From the NCBI GenBank assembly GCA_965207575.1, contig OZ242288.1, positions 254,639 through 318,638 on the forward strand: 64,000 nucleotides of DNA, in the 5' to 3' direction. Within the stretch, counting starts at the first letter, position 1; every line of letters begins with the position of its first letter. The notes beneath the pieces are model-generated. The model worked only from the letters and a program-made list of their open reading frames with translations, did not search any database and had not been told where the DNA came from. The stretch is from an uncultured Candidatus Binatia bacterium (GTDB lineage: Bacteria; Desulfobacterota; Binatia; Bin18). Of the stretch, positions 39,767 through 48,520 are shown piece by piece. The position numbers were made by a program, and so were the translations under genes.

Positions 39767-41263
39767 TCAGGAGCCGAGGCGCCAGCCGCCAAGCTGTCGC
39801 CATGGAGTCGAGGAGTCCTGCGAGGGTAAAGAGGTCGATCCATCACCGTTCCGATATGGACCACGGTGCAGGCTGGCGGCCAAAGCCGCCGCAAGCGTAT
39901 GTGGCTGCTCGCCAGGTTGCCAGTTCGGAAAATGCTCGGACAGAAAGCCGGTGTGGGTATCGCCAGCGGCAAAGGCAGGATGGTCCATAAGCTCGATTAA
40001 AAAAGGCAGATTGGTCGTGAGGCCCAGAATTGCCGTTTGACGAAGAGCCCCGGCCATACGTCTACGAGCTTGTTCACGGTCCGCTCCCCAGGTCGAAATC
40101 TTGGCAATCATGGGATCGTAGTATATCGGGACCTCGGTCTGCGACTCGACCCCGGAATCAACCCGCACCCCCGGTCCCTGGGGCGCATGCCAGGCCAGGA
40201 CATGTCCGGGCGACGGCAGGAATCCGTGGGCGGCATCTTCCGCGTACAGACGGCACTCAAGGGCGTGGCCGTTCCCGCGGATGTCGTCCTGCTGGAAGCC
40301 CAGCGTTTCCCCGGCGGCAATCCGGATTTGTTCTCGCACCAGATCCAGACCGGTAACCCACTCGGTAATCGGATGTTCGACTTGGAGGCGAGCGTTGACT
40401 TCCAGAAAATAGAATTTCCCGTCGTTGTCGAGGATGAATTCGACGGTTCCGGCATTATCATAGCCGGCGGCTCTGGCCACGGTCAGCGCGGCCCTGGTCA
40501 TCTCCCGCCGCAGAGACTCGGACACGGCCGGCGAGGGAGTCTCTTCGACTATTTTCTGGTAGCGGCGCTGAATGGAGCATTCCCGTTCGCCAAGATGGAC
40601 GATATTCCCGGCAGTGTCACCAAGAATCTGGACTTCCACATGGTGGGGACGTTCGAGAAAACGCTCGACATAGACCGTCCCTTCAGCAAAGGCCGCTTCG
40701 GCTTCGCGCTGCGCCGCAGACAAGGCCTCAACCAACTCGGCCTCCTCGCGGACGATGCGCATTCCTTTCCCGCCACCACCCGCAGCCGCTTTAATCAAGA
40801 GGGGGTAGCCGAGTGCTGCGACTTGCTCACGCACGGTCTCAGGGTCGGTCGCCGGATCTTCAAGCGCAGGAATCACCGGAACACCGAGCTGAGCCACTGT
40901 CCGGCGGGCGACAATCTTGTTTCCCACCGCGGACAGGGCATCCGGAGCAGGACCGATAAAGGTCAGGCCGGCATCAGCCACGGCCCGAGCAAAGGTCACA
41001 TTCTCCGATAAAAATCCATATCCAGGATGAATCGCGTTAACCCTGGCCTGGCGGGCCGCGGCCAGGATGGACTCCACGTTGAGATAGCTCTCGCTTGCCT
41101 GCGCCGGCCCCACACACACGGCCTCGTCCGCCACATACAGATGGGGTGAAGAACGGTCAGCCTCTGAGTACACGGCCACTGTCGCAATACCCATTTCACG
41201 ACAGGTCCGAGCGATACGAGTGGCGATCTCACCTCGGTTTGCAATGAGTATCTTTGAAAACAC
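39767..41263 (-). CDS. Biotin carboxylase subunit (acyl-CoA carboxylase alpha)
   Basis: ANRGEIA, HPGYGFLSE, ERECSIQRR, RLQVEHP and YYDPM motifs. Confidence 0.93.
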   Translation of the reverse strand: MFSKILIANRGEIATRIARTCREMGIATVAVYSEADRSSPHLYVADEAVCVGPAQASESYLNVESILAAARQARVNAIHPGYGFLSENVTFARAVADAGLTFIGPAPDALSAVGNKIVARRTVAQLGVPVIPALEDPATDPETVREQVAALGYPLLIKAAAGGGGKGMRIVREEAELVEALSAAQREAEAAFAEGTVYVERFLERPHHVEVQILGDTAGNIVHLGERECSIQRRYQKIVEETPSPAVSESLRREMTRAALTVARAAGYDNAGTVEFILDNDGKFYFLEVNARLQVEHPITEWVTGLDLVREQIRIAAGETLGFQQDDIRGNGHALECRLYAEDAAHGFLPSPGHVLAWHAPQGPGVRVDSGVESQTEVPIYYDPMIAKISTWGADREQARRRMAGALRQTAILGLTTNLPFLIELMDHPAFAAGDTHTGFLSEHFPNWQPGEQPHTLAAALAASLHRGPYRNGDGSTSLPSQDSSTPWRQLGGWRLGS

Positions 41264-41313
41264 AGTGGTCTGGATGCCTTCGCAATGTTATCAGGGCGCA
41301 GAGGGTACCGGAC

Positions 41314-42351
41314 TTAGGCGTTCACGCCTTTTTCCTCAGCATGAATCTTTTGATACTTGCGGTAATCATAGCCCGTTGCCATCGTGAGGAGCATTTGGTC
41401 CATTCCACCGCTCCGCTCCCGGCGGAGGATTCTGAGACGGTGAAAGAATTCCCGATAATCCTTATTCACCCGCCGCTTTTCATCCATGTGGCGAAAGAAA
41501 AAATCACGCAGGCGGGTCAGGGTAAAGCGGAAGGCGGAAAAACGGAGCTCGTTCGGAAAGGCGTCCCACTCGGCCAGCGACAGCGTACGTTCGGACTGAT
41601 AACCGTCAAGGAGGGCGTTGAATCGACCAATATGGTAGTGCTCCTCGTGATAGCACATGGCGTTTACGGCAGTTGCCAGGTCGGCAATGAATTTTCCAAA
41701 ACAGGCCGCTTCAAAGTCGAGCACACCAACGACTCTCCCACCACGAAACAGGATGTTATCAGGAAAGAGGTCACCGTGGATCATGCCTTTTGGCAGCTTT
41801 TCTTCCCGATATTCTTCCTGATGGGCGATTTCATCATCCAGGACATGGCCGATGTGCTTCAGATGAACCGCAATGCGGCCGCGCAGGTTTTGATAGATGC
41901 TGCGTACACGGTCAAAAGCAAATCGGTTTCTGATCGGTGTATCGTATTCCTGGCCAGTGAGATGGAGCCGAGCCAGGGTCTGTCCAATCTTTTCTATATA
42001 GGCATTGGTGAGCGTTGCGACCGAGAAGTCTTTGCCGGGCAGATGACGATAGATGGAGACCGCTTTCTTTTCGTAATCCTGGAGATAAAAACCGTTTTTA
42101 TCGGCCACCGGCCGTGGACACGGAAAGCCATGTTTACGCAAGAAGAGCAGAAAGTCGATTTCGCGCTGCGCGTCGCTGGTGTCTTTGACCTCATCGATCC
42201 GCAGAATGAATTTTCCCTTCGCAGACTCAAGGCAATAGTGGGTGTTCACCGATCCGGCAGAGATGCCCTGAACGGTTGACAAACGCCCTAATCCGTAGTC
42301 TTTGACGAGACGATTAACGGCTTTGCGATCAAGGACAGTGTAGACAGCCAT
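41314..42351 (-). CDS. thrB: Homoserine kinase type II
   Basis: MAVYT start, G..NT, IHGDLFPDN and LDF motifs. Confidence 0.85.
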   Translation of the reverse strand: MAVYTVLDRKAVNRLVKDYGLGRLSTVQGISAGSVNTHYCLESAKGKFILRIDEVKDTSDAQREIDFLLFLRKHGFPCPRPVADKNGFYLQDYEKKAVSIYRHLPGKDFSVATLTNAYIEKIGQTLARLHLTGQEYDTPIRNRFAFDRVRSIYQNLRGRIAVHLKHIGHVLDDEIAHQEEYREEKLPKGMIHGDLFPDNILFRGGRVVGVLDFEAACFGKFIADLATAVNAMCYHEEHYHIGRFNALLDGYQSERTLSLAEWDAFPNELRFSAFRFTLTRLRDFFFRHMDEKRRVNKDYREFFHRLRILRRERSGGMDQMLLTMATGYDYRKYQKIHAEEKGVNA

Positions 42352-42491
42352 GCAGACTTCTTCGGACATGGACCTCAATCTTTTCCACTCCATCCTCGTA
42401 CTGTCCGGATATACAGTCATACTATTGACACCTGGGTTTTGTCAAGAAAAACTGACTGAATGTCCATTCAGAATAGGAAAAGCGGGGGTTC

Positions 42492-42842
42492 CTATGGCAC
42501 AGTTTGGATGTGCGGGGGCTGAATGTCTGTACCCGTCCTCCCCGTTTCCAGTTGGCGGATAACGGCGAGGCTGGCATCAGACAGCAGGCCGATCTGGAGT
42601 CCAGCATATACGGGTGGATAGGTCCGCAGGGTCTGGCAAGCGCGCGTGAGCAGTTTGAGAGCGCCGGGATACTGCGCGCTGGAGAGCTTGAGGTAACCGG
42701 CGGCCAACTGCACAAGCCCCTGGACAAAACGTTTCTCTTCACCAACCGTCTCATTCCAGAGCGCTTCCCAGATTTCATGCGCTTCAAGGAAACGGCCCGC
42801 GTTAAAAGCCGTCACCCCGCGTAACAACAGGCGACGAGGCAT
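42492..42842 (-). CDS. DUF309 family protein
   Basis: FN.G.F.EAHE.WE.LW...QGLVQ.A motif. Confidence 0.85.
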   Translation of the reverse strand: MPRRLLLRGVTAFNAGRFLEAHEIWEALWNETVGEEKRFVQGLVQLAAGYLKLSSAQYPGALKLLTRACQTLRTYPPVYAGLQIGLLSDASLAVIRQLETGRTGTDIQPPHIQTVP

Positions 42843-42870
42843 GTCCTATTCTTTTTTACCGGAGCGCTCT

Positions 42871-44208
42871 TCAGCGCCGGGGAGGATCCACAAGCGCAAT
42901 TTTAATATCCATCACGTTTGTTCCTGTTGAGCCTGGGCTGAACAAGTCACCGAGAGCAGAAAAGAAGGTATAGGTATCATTATTGCGCAGGAATTGGACG
43001 GGATCGAGATTTTTTCGACGTGCTCGGTCCAGCGTCTGGCCGTTCACAAAGGCTCCGGCGGCATCGGTCGGACCATCTATGCCGTCCGTTCCCGCACTCA
43101 GCAGGCTCCACCCGGCTTCCCCGGCGAGTTCTTGGGCTACAGCCAGGGCAAACTCCTGATTGCGTCCCCCTTTCCCCGTACCTTTGACCTGTACCGTTGT
43201 CTCGCCACCAGCCAGAATACACGTTGGGCTGGAGCAATGTTGACGAACGGCACGCAGGGCTTGGGCAAAGGCGCGTCCGGCCGCGAGGGTGTCACCAGCG
43301 AGGGGCTGAGAAATCAGGTGAGAGCGCAGCCCGCGGTGTGCGGCAGCCTCGCGGGCCGCCTGCAAGGCCAAGTGATTCGACCCGATCAGCATATTATGGA
43401 CGCGAGAGAATAGCGGATCGCCGGGTTTTGGTGTCTCAGGTCTGGCCCCACGGACTCCTTGCTGCAGGTGCGCGCGCACAGCCTGGGGGAGCCGCGGTGC
43501 AATGCCGTACTGCTCCACCACCCGCCAGGCATCCATAAACGTCGTTGGATCGGCTACGGTCGGACCCGAGCCGATCACACTCATATCATCACCAATCACG
43601 TCCGACAGAATCAGACTGACCACGGTTGCCGGCTGAGCGTGGTGCGCGAGCCAGCCACCTTTTACCCCGGATATATGTTTGCGTACGGTGTTCAGCGCCA
43701 GGATATCCGCTCCGCATTCCAACAAGACGGCATTGGTGATGGTCTTGTCCGAAAGCGTCAGCCGGCCTGCGGGACGCACGAGCAGACTGGAGGCCCCACC
43801 GGTCAGACACAACACGACGAGATCGTGGGATTGAACCTGGGAAAGGCTCTGTATGAGCGCTTGGGTCGCGTACTCACTGCCCGGTCCGGGCAAGGGATGC
43901 TCCCCTTGCACCACCCGTACCCCAGGCAGAGACAGGTCGGACACCGCCTGCTCGCTCGGAATGATGACACAGCCGCCAATGCGCCTCTGGCCGAGTACGG
44001 ACATCAGTGCCTGGCCCATGCTGCCTGCCCCCTTCCCTGCCCCAATCAGGAAGAGACGACCCGTCAGAGCGAGCGTCAGCATGGGCCGAACGACCAGCTG
44101 CTCCTTTTCAATCGTAACAGTCTGGGGGATCAGATGGCGCGGGTGGACCGCCTCAATAGCCGTCCGAAAAAGCGCAGTGAGCAGAATGTGTCGGTCGTCG
44201 GGTCGCAT
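42871..44208 (-). CDS. Glycerate kinase type 2 (MOFRL family)
   Basis: GAGK, HP.P, GGASSL, GGETTV, GGRNQE, TDGIDG and TGTNV.D motifs. Confidence 0.93.
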   Translation of the reverse strand: MRPDDRHILLTALFRTAIEAVHPRHLIPQTVTIEKEQLVVRPMLTLALTGRLFLIGAGKGAGSMGQALMSVLGQRRIGGCVIIPSEQAVSDLSLPGVRVVQGEHPLPGPGSEYATQALIQSLSQVQSHDLVVLCLTGGASSLLVRPAGRLTLSDKTITNAVLLECGADILALNTVRKHISGVKGGWLAHHAQPATVVSLILSDVIGDDMSVIGSGPTVADPTTFMDAWRVVEQYGIAPRLPQAVRAHLQQGVRGARPETPKPGDPLFSRVHNMLIGSNHLALQAAREAAAHRGLRSHLISQPLAGDTLAAGRAFAQALRAVRQHCSSPTCILAGGETTVQVKGTGKGGRNQEFALAVAQELAGEAGWSLLSAGTDGIDGPTDAAGAFVNGQTLDRARRKNLDPVQFLRNNDTYTFFSALGDLFSPGSTGTNVMDIKIALVDPPRR

Positions 44209-44285
44209 CTCATCACTGCGGGCCGACAGGGGGAGCGCCTTGCGCGGGCAACCAGAATGGACCGAGGAAAAAAACGAAGCTGATT

Positions 44286-44705
44286 TTACCCGTCGTCCAG
44301 ATCAACCAAGTTGGACCGACCGAATCCACCCCCCTCATCAACACGGCGCTGAAAGCGCGCCTCCTTTTCGCGTTCCTCTTGGCATGCAACACACAGTCTG
44401 GTGAACGGTAACGCTTCGAGGCGCGCTTGGGCGATCTCTTCTTCGCAGTCTTCACAAATGCCGTATTCGCCCTCTTCGATCCGCTCCAGCGCGTTTTCTA
44501 TGGCTTGCAGTTTATCTCGATCACGGTCACTCAGGATCAGATGGATTTCCCGTTCGCGCTCCTCGCTGGCGAGATCGTAGGTATCCATTCCTGCGTCCAG
44601 CTCACTCTCTTTTCCCTCTCGGATCTCTTCGTCAAGCTGCATCAGGATTTGCTGTTTTTGGCCGGCGAGCGTCGTCCGCATTTTTTTGAGGAACGTTTTT
44701 CTCAT
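44286..44705 (-). CDS. dksA: DksA/TraR family C4 zinc-finger protein
   Basis: D..D.A coiled coil and YGICEDC...RLEALP...CVACQ. Confidence 0.85.
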   Translation of the reverse strand: MRKTFLKKMRTTLAGQKQQILMQLDEEIREGKESELDAGMDTYDLASEEREREIHLILSDRDRDKLQAIENALERIEEGEYGICEDCEEEIAQARLEALPFTRLCVACQEEREKEARFQRRVDEGGGFGRSNLVDLDDG

Positions 44706-44717
44706 GACGCCTTCTCC

Positions 44718-44769
44718 AAAGAATAAACGTATCCAGCTTTTTTAGATTTGGAGGATACGTTTATTATTT
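44718..44769. repeat. Palindromic element copy 7
   Basis: aaagaataaacgtatcc-agc...tgga-ggatacgtttattattt; compensatory changes. Confidence 0.88.
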
Positions 44770-44802
44770 TCCACCACGGTCGAGATAAAAAGGACAGACA
44801 CA

Positions 44803-46263
44803 TTAGGGAGAAGCGACTGCCAAGTCAAGAGCTGTGGGTTGTTGAAGCGGCTGTTCGGGAAGACAGCGTGCCTGTAGATCATAGCCGGACGCCCCGGTAA
44901 TCCGAGCGCGGATCATGGCGCCGCTCTCAGCCAGGCACTGTTCCAGGAAGACGATGCCATCGATATCCGGAGCCTGGCCTTGCGTCCGTCCCCACCAGCG
45001 ACCGTGGTCGTCCTGACCGCAGACTAATACTGCTCGTTCCTCACCCACCAGCGCTCTGTTTTTTTTACGCACGACCTCGGCCTGGCAGGCCATCAACTTG
45101 TGCCAGCGGTCTTCTTTGAGCTCTTCGCTGACCTGGTCGGCCATTGTGCCCGCGGCTGTCCCTTCCTCCTGGGAATAGCGAAACACCCCCACGTGGTCGA
45201 GCGCCGCCTCGGTTACGAAATCGCACAGTTGTTGAAAATCGTCCTCTCGCTCACCGGGGAAACCAACAATAAAAGACGAGCGGACGATCACACCGGGAAT
45301 AGCGGCCCGAATCCGGTCCACCACGCGGCGAATGCCGTCCCCGCTCTTCTCCCGCTTCATCCGCCTCAACATCCGGTCGCTGATGTGCTGGAGCGGCATA
45401 TCAATATACGGGCACACCTTTTCTTGTGCGGCAATGAAACCTAACAGGGCTTCGTCGAGATAATTCGGATAGCAGTACAGCAGCCGAATCCAGTCCAGAC
45501 CCTCAACCCGCACAAGGGCCTTGAGCAGGGCAAGCAGAGTCGTCCCATCGCGGCGCTCTCGCCCGTAGGCGGTCAGGTCCTGCGCGATGAGATTGATTTC
45601 TCTCACCCCGTGCGCAACCAGCCCGGTGGCTTCGGCCATGAGAGAAGCAATCGGCCGACTTTCCTGTAAGCCGCGAATTTTCGGAATAATACAAAAGGCA
45701 CATTTGTGGTTGCAGCCTTCGGCGGCCTTGAGATAGGCGGAGTAAAAATGGGTGGTCGGGATACGCGGAACAGTATGATCCGGCAGGACATGGGAAGCCC
45801 CCAGATACAGGGTGGGACCAGAAGAGGGAACGGGTCCAGATTTTTTGTCTGATTGGAGGACACGCTCCCTCTTTTCAAGCGCGCGCCGCTTTTGTTCCAA
45901 TATCTCGGTGATCCGCAGAAACTCTCCCGTCCCCACAAAAACGTCAACTTCGGGGAGGAGTTCGCGCAGCTCTTGGCCGTAGCGTTGGGCTAAACAACCG
46001 GTCACGATGAGCTGTTTCTCAGCCTTCGTCGCCTTATAGGTCGCCAGGTCCAAGATCGTCTCAATCGACTCCTCCTTGGCCTCATCAATAAAGCTGCACG
46101 TATTGACCATCAGGACCCCGGCCTGTTCCGGGTCGAGGCTCAGCGTGTAGCCCGCATCCGCCAGCAGTCCGAGCATGACCTCGCCATCCACGAGATTTTT
46201 AGGACAGCCCAAATTCACCAGATACACGGACTTATCCGGGCTGGACTGGAGCTTATTCATCAT
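44803..46263 (-). CDS. rimO: Ribosomal protein S12 methylthiotransferase
   Basis: LGCPKNLVD, NTCSFI, GCLAQRY, EGCNHKCAFC.IP and TRAM-domain APDIDG. Confidence 0.95.
   Translation of the reverse strand: MMNKLQSSPDKSVYLVNLGCPKNLVDGEVMLGLLADAGYTLSLDPEQAGVLMVNTCSFIDEAKEESIETILDLATYKATKAEKQLIVTGCLAQRYGQELRELLPEVDVFVGTGEFLRITEILEQKRRALEKRERVLQSDKKSGPVPSSGPTLYLGASHVLPDHTVPRIPTTHFYSAYLKAAEGCNHKCAFCIIPKIRGLQESRPIASLMAEATGLVAHGVREINLIAQDLTAYGRERRDGTTLLALLKALVRVEGLDWIRLLYCYPNYLDEALLGFIAAQEKVCPYIDMPLQHISDRMLRRMKREKSGDGIRRVVDRIRAAIPGVIVRSSFIVGFPGEREDDFQQLCDFVTEAALDHVGVFRYSQEEGTAAGTMADQVSEELKEDRWHKLMACQAEVVRKKNRALVGEERAVLVCGQDDHGRWWGRTQGQAPDIDGIVFLEQCLAESGAMIRARITGASGYDLQARCLPEQPLQQPTALDLAVASP
45822..45873. 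repeat. Palindromic element copy 8, in frame inside rimO
   Basis: aagagggaacgggtcc-aga...tgga-ggacacgctccctctt; encodes KRERVLQSDKKSGPVPSS. Confidence 0.88.
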
Positions 46264-47170
46264 CTTTGCGATCTTTACGCTGCTGCAAGAAACGCTGGAG
46301 TTCCTCAGCCATATCTTTGCCGTTGGCATGCCCATTGCCGTTGCCGTGTCCGTTACCGGCTTTGTCCTGCGCAGCGGTCTCCGTTGCCAGCCCCTCTTCC
46401 TGTTCCTGCTCTTCCAGGCGTTTGACGTAGGCGGCCAGGTTGGGATTCTCGGCAATCGCCTTTGCGACCTGCGCGTCAAACTCCGCCGCGCCCGTCACCA
46501 GCTCGGTGGTATCCAGGGCAAAGTGGAGAAAGGACTCGAGACGGCTAACGAGGGCCAGAGCCGCCTTTGGGTTTGGAGACGCGGAAATATAGTGCGGCAC
46601 GTTGGCCCAGAAACTGATGGACGTCAATCCAGCCTGCCGGCAGGCATCGTTCAGCACCCCCACGATACCGGTTGGCCCCTCGTAACGGGACGGAGTGAGT
46701 TGGAGTTGCGTCGCAATATCGGGGTCGCTGCTAAAGCCGACCACGCGGACCGGTCTGGAGTAGGCCACATCGGCCAGGAGCGCACCCAGGGTAATCACCA
46801 GGCGCACCCCACACTGCTTGGCAACGTCCAGACAGGCTGCTGAATACGCCTTCCAGCGGAGATGCGGCTCGATGCCCAGACCCAGAACCATGCTGCGCTT
46901 GAGCTGCTCCGCGTTACTCGCAAAGAATTCATTGGCCGGCCAACGAATCTCGCGGTAGAGCCCGTCTCGCAGACGCACGTGGGGCCGGACCTCGCTGAAA
47001 TTATAAAATTCTTCAGGGTCGATCTTCGCGAAACGCTGTGCCTGGAGGCGTTTGATAAGGAATTGCGTGGCGTGCGTCGCCGCGCTCCCGGCATCGTTCC
47101 AGCCGGTAAAGGCAACGATCAGGACGGGATCGTTCAGTTCCGGAATTCGTTCAATCGACAACGCGTTCAT
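46253..47170 (-). CDS. PAC2 family protein
   Basis: AFTGWNDAG, EPHLRW, LGALLADV..RP, YEGPTGI and VPHY motifs. Confidence 0.9.
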   Translation of the reverse strand: MNALSIERIPELNDPVLIVAFTGWNDAGSAATHATQFLIKRLQAQRFAKIDPEEFYNFSEVRPHVRLRDGLYREIRWPANEFFASNAEQLKRSMVLGLGIEPHLRWKAYSAACLDVAKQCGVRLVITLGALLADVAYSRPVRVVGFSSDPDIATQLQLTPSRYEGPTGIVGVLNDACRQAGLTSISFWANVPHYISASPNPKAALALVSRLESFLHFALDTTELVTGAAEFDAQVAKAIAENPNLAAYVKRLEEQEQEEGLATETAAQDKAGNGHGNGNGHANGKDMAEELQRFLQQRKDRKDDE

Positions 47171-47183
47171 GGTCTCCCCCTAG

Positions 47184-47237
47184 AAGGAGTGAACGTGCTC
47201 AGCATCTCATACCTGTTGGAGAGCACGTTTACTCTTT
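47184..47237. repeat. Palindromic element copy 9
   Basis: aaggagtgaacgtgctc-agc...tgga-gagcacgtttactcttt. Confidence 0.88.
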
Positions 47238-47271
47238 GAGGCGCCTACCCCCTGGTCTCAGGCAAGGACAG

Positions 47272-47325
47272 AAAGAGGAAACGTATCCAGCCCCTGTGCC
47301 TGATTGGTGGACACGTTTCCTCTTT
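47272..47325. repeat. Palindromic element copy 10
   Basis: aaagaggaaacgtatcc-agc...tggt-ggacacgtttcctcttt. Confidence 0.9.
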
Positions 47326-47415
47326 GCCGCAGGAGTGTACCTGCTTCCCGGATGCTTGCCAAGAGATTGCGCCGGTCCCGTGCCTCGGTTCACGGACCGA
47401 GAATGGTCGAGACCG

Positions 47416-48520
47416 TTACTCGGCTGCCGTCGACTGTTGGAGCAGATAGGCTTCAATAAACTGATCGATATCGCCATCCAGAACCGCGTCGGCATTCCCC
47501 ACCTCCACGCCGGTACGATGGTCTTTGACCATCCGGTAGGGATGGAGGACATACGAGCGAATCTGGCTTCCCCAGGCAATATCCTTTTTGCTTTTATGCA
47601 GGCCCTCCATCTTCTCCTTTTGTTTCTCCATCTCCAGCTCGTATAAACGGGCGCGGAGAATTTTCATCGCCATGGTTCGATTCCGATGTTGGGACCGTTC
47701 GTTCTGACACGCCACCACGATCCCACTCGGGAGGTGGGTCAGCCGAATCGCTGAGTCGGTTTTGTTGACGTGCTGTCCCCCAGCTCCACTGGCTCGGTAG
47801 GTATCAACCCGCAAATCCTCAGGACGGATATCGACTTCGACAGCCTCGTCAATATCCGGATAAACAAAGACAGAGGCAAAGGAGGTATGCCGCCGGGCAT
47901 TCGCATCAAACGGCGAAATCCGAACGAGCCGATGAATGCCCGCCTCTGCCCGCAGATAGCCGTAGGCGTAGGCCCCCTCAACGGTAAAGGTTGCACTTTT
48001 TACGCCACCGCCTTCACCAGGCAGGTGTTCGGCCATCTCTACGCTATAGCTGCGGCGTTCCGCCCAGCGCAGATAGAGCCGGAGGAGCATATCGGCCCAG
48101 TCCTGGGCCTCAAGACCACCGGCCCCAGGATGGAGACTGACGATGGCACTCTGCGCATCGTGTTCTCCACCCAGCATGCGCTGCAACTCTGCCCGACTCA
48201 CGGTCGCCTCAAGCTCGGGCACCGCCCGCGCGACTTCTTCAACCGCTTCGGCGTCTCCAGCTTCGGCCAGTTCCAGAAAAATCAGCGCGTCAGATACGGC
48301 CTGCGTCTGCTTTTTCCACTCCGTCACCGTGTCGAGCAGGCTTGCTCGCTCCTTGAGGATGGCCTGTGCCTTTTCCTGATCTTGCCAGAATCCGTCGGCC
48401 AGCGTTTGTTCTTCCAGTGCGGCGGCCCGGGCTTCCTTGTCCGGGATGTCAAAGATGCCTCCCAAGACTCTCAGTGCGTGCGCTCAACTCATGTAATTTT
48501 TCTCTGATTTCTGCCAGCAT
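47416..48520 (-). CDS. prfB: Peptide chain release factor 2 (programmed +1 frameshift)
   Basis: 23-codon MLAEIREK...GRHL, then GGGAGG-cat-CTT-TGA-C at 48454-48448; SPF and GGQ motifs in the +1 frame. Confidence 0.97.

Noticed and set aside
41254-42279. Long antisense ORFs (e.g. 41254-42279, 40037-41011, 34306-35310, 58936-59910)
   Set aside because: Shadow frames of confident genes in GC-rich DNA, with no recognisable motifs.
42425-42445. TTGACA...TGTCAA inverted repeat upstream of thrB
   Set aside because: Short, with no well-spaced -10 element and no second instance to support an operator.
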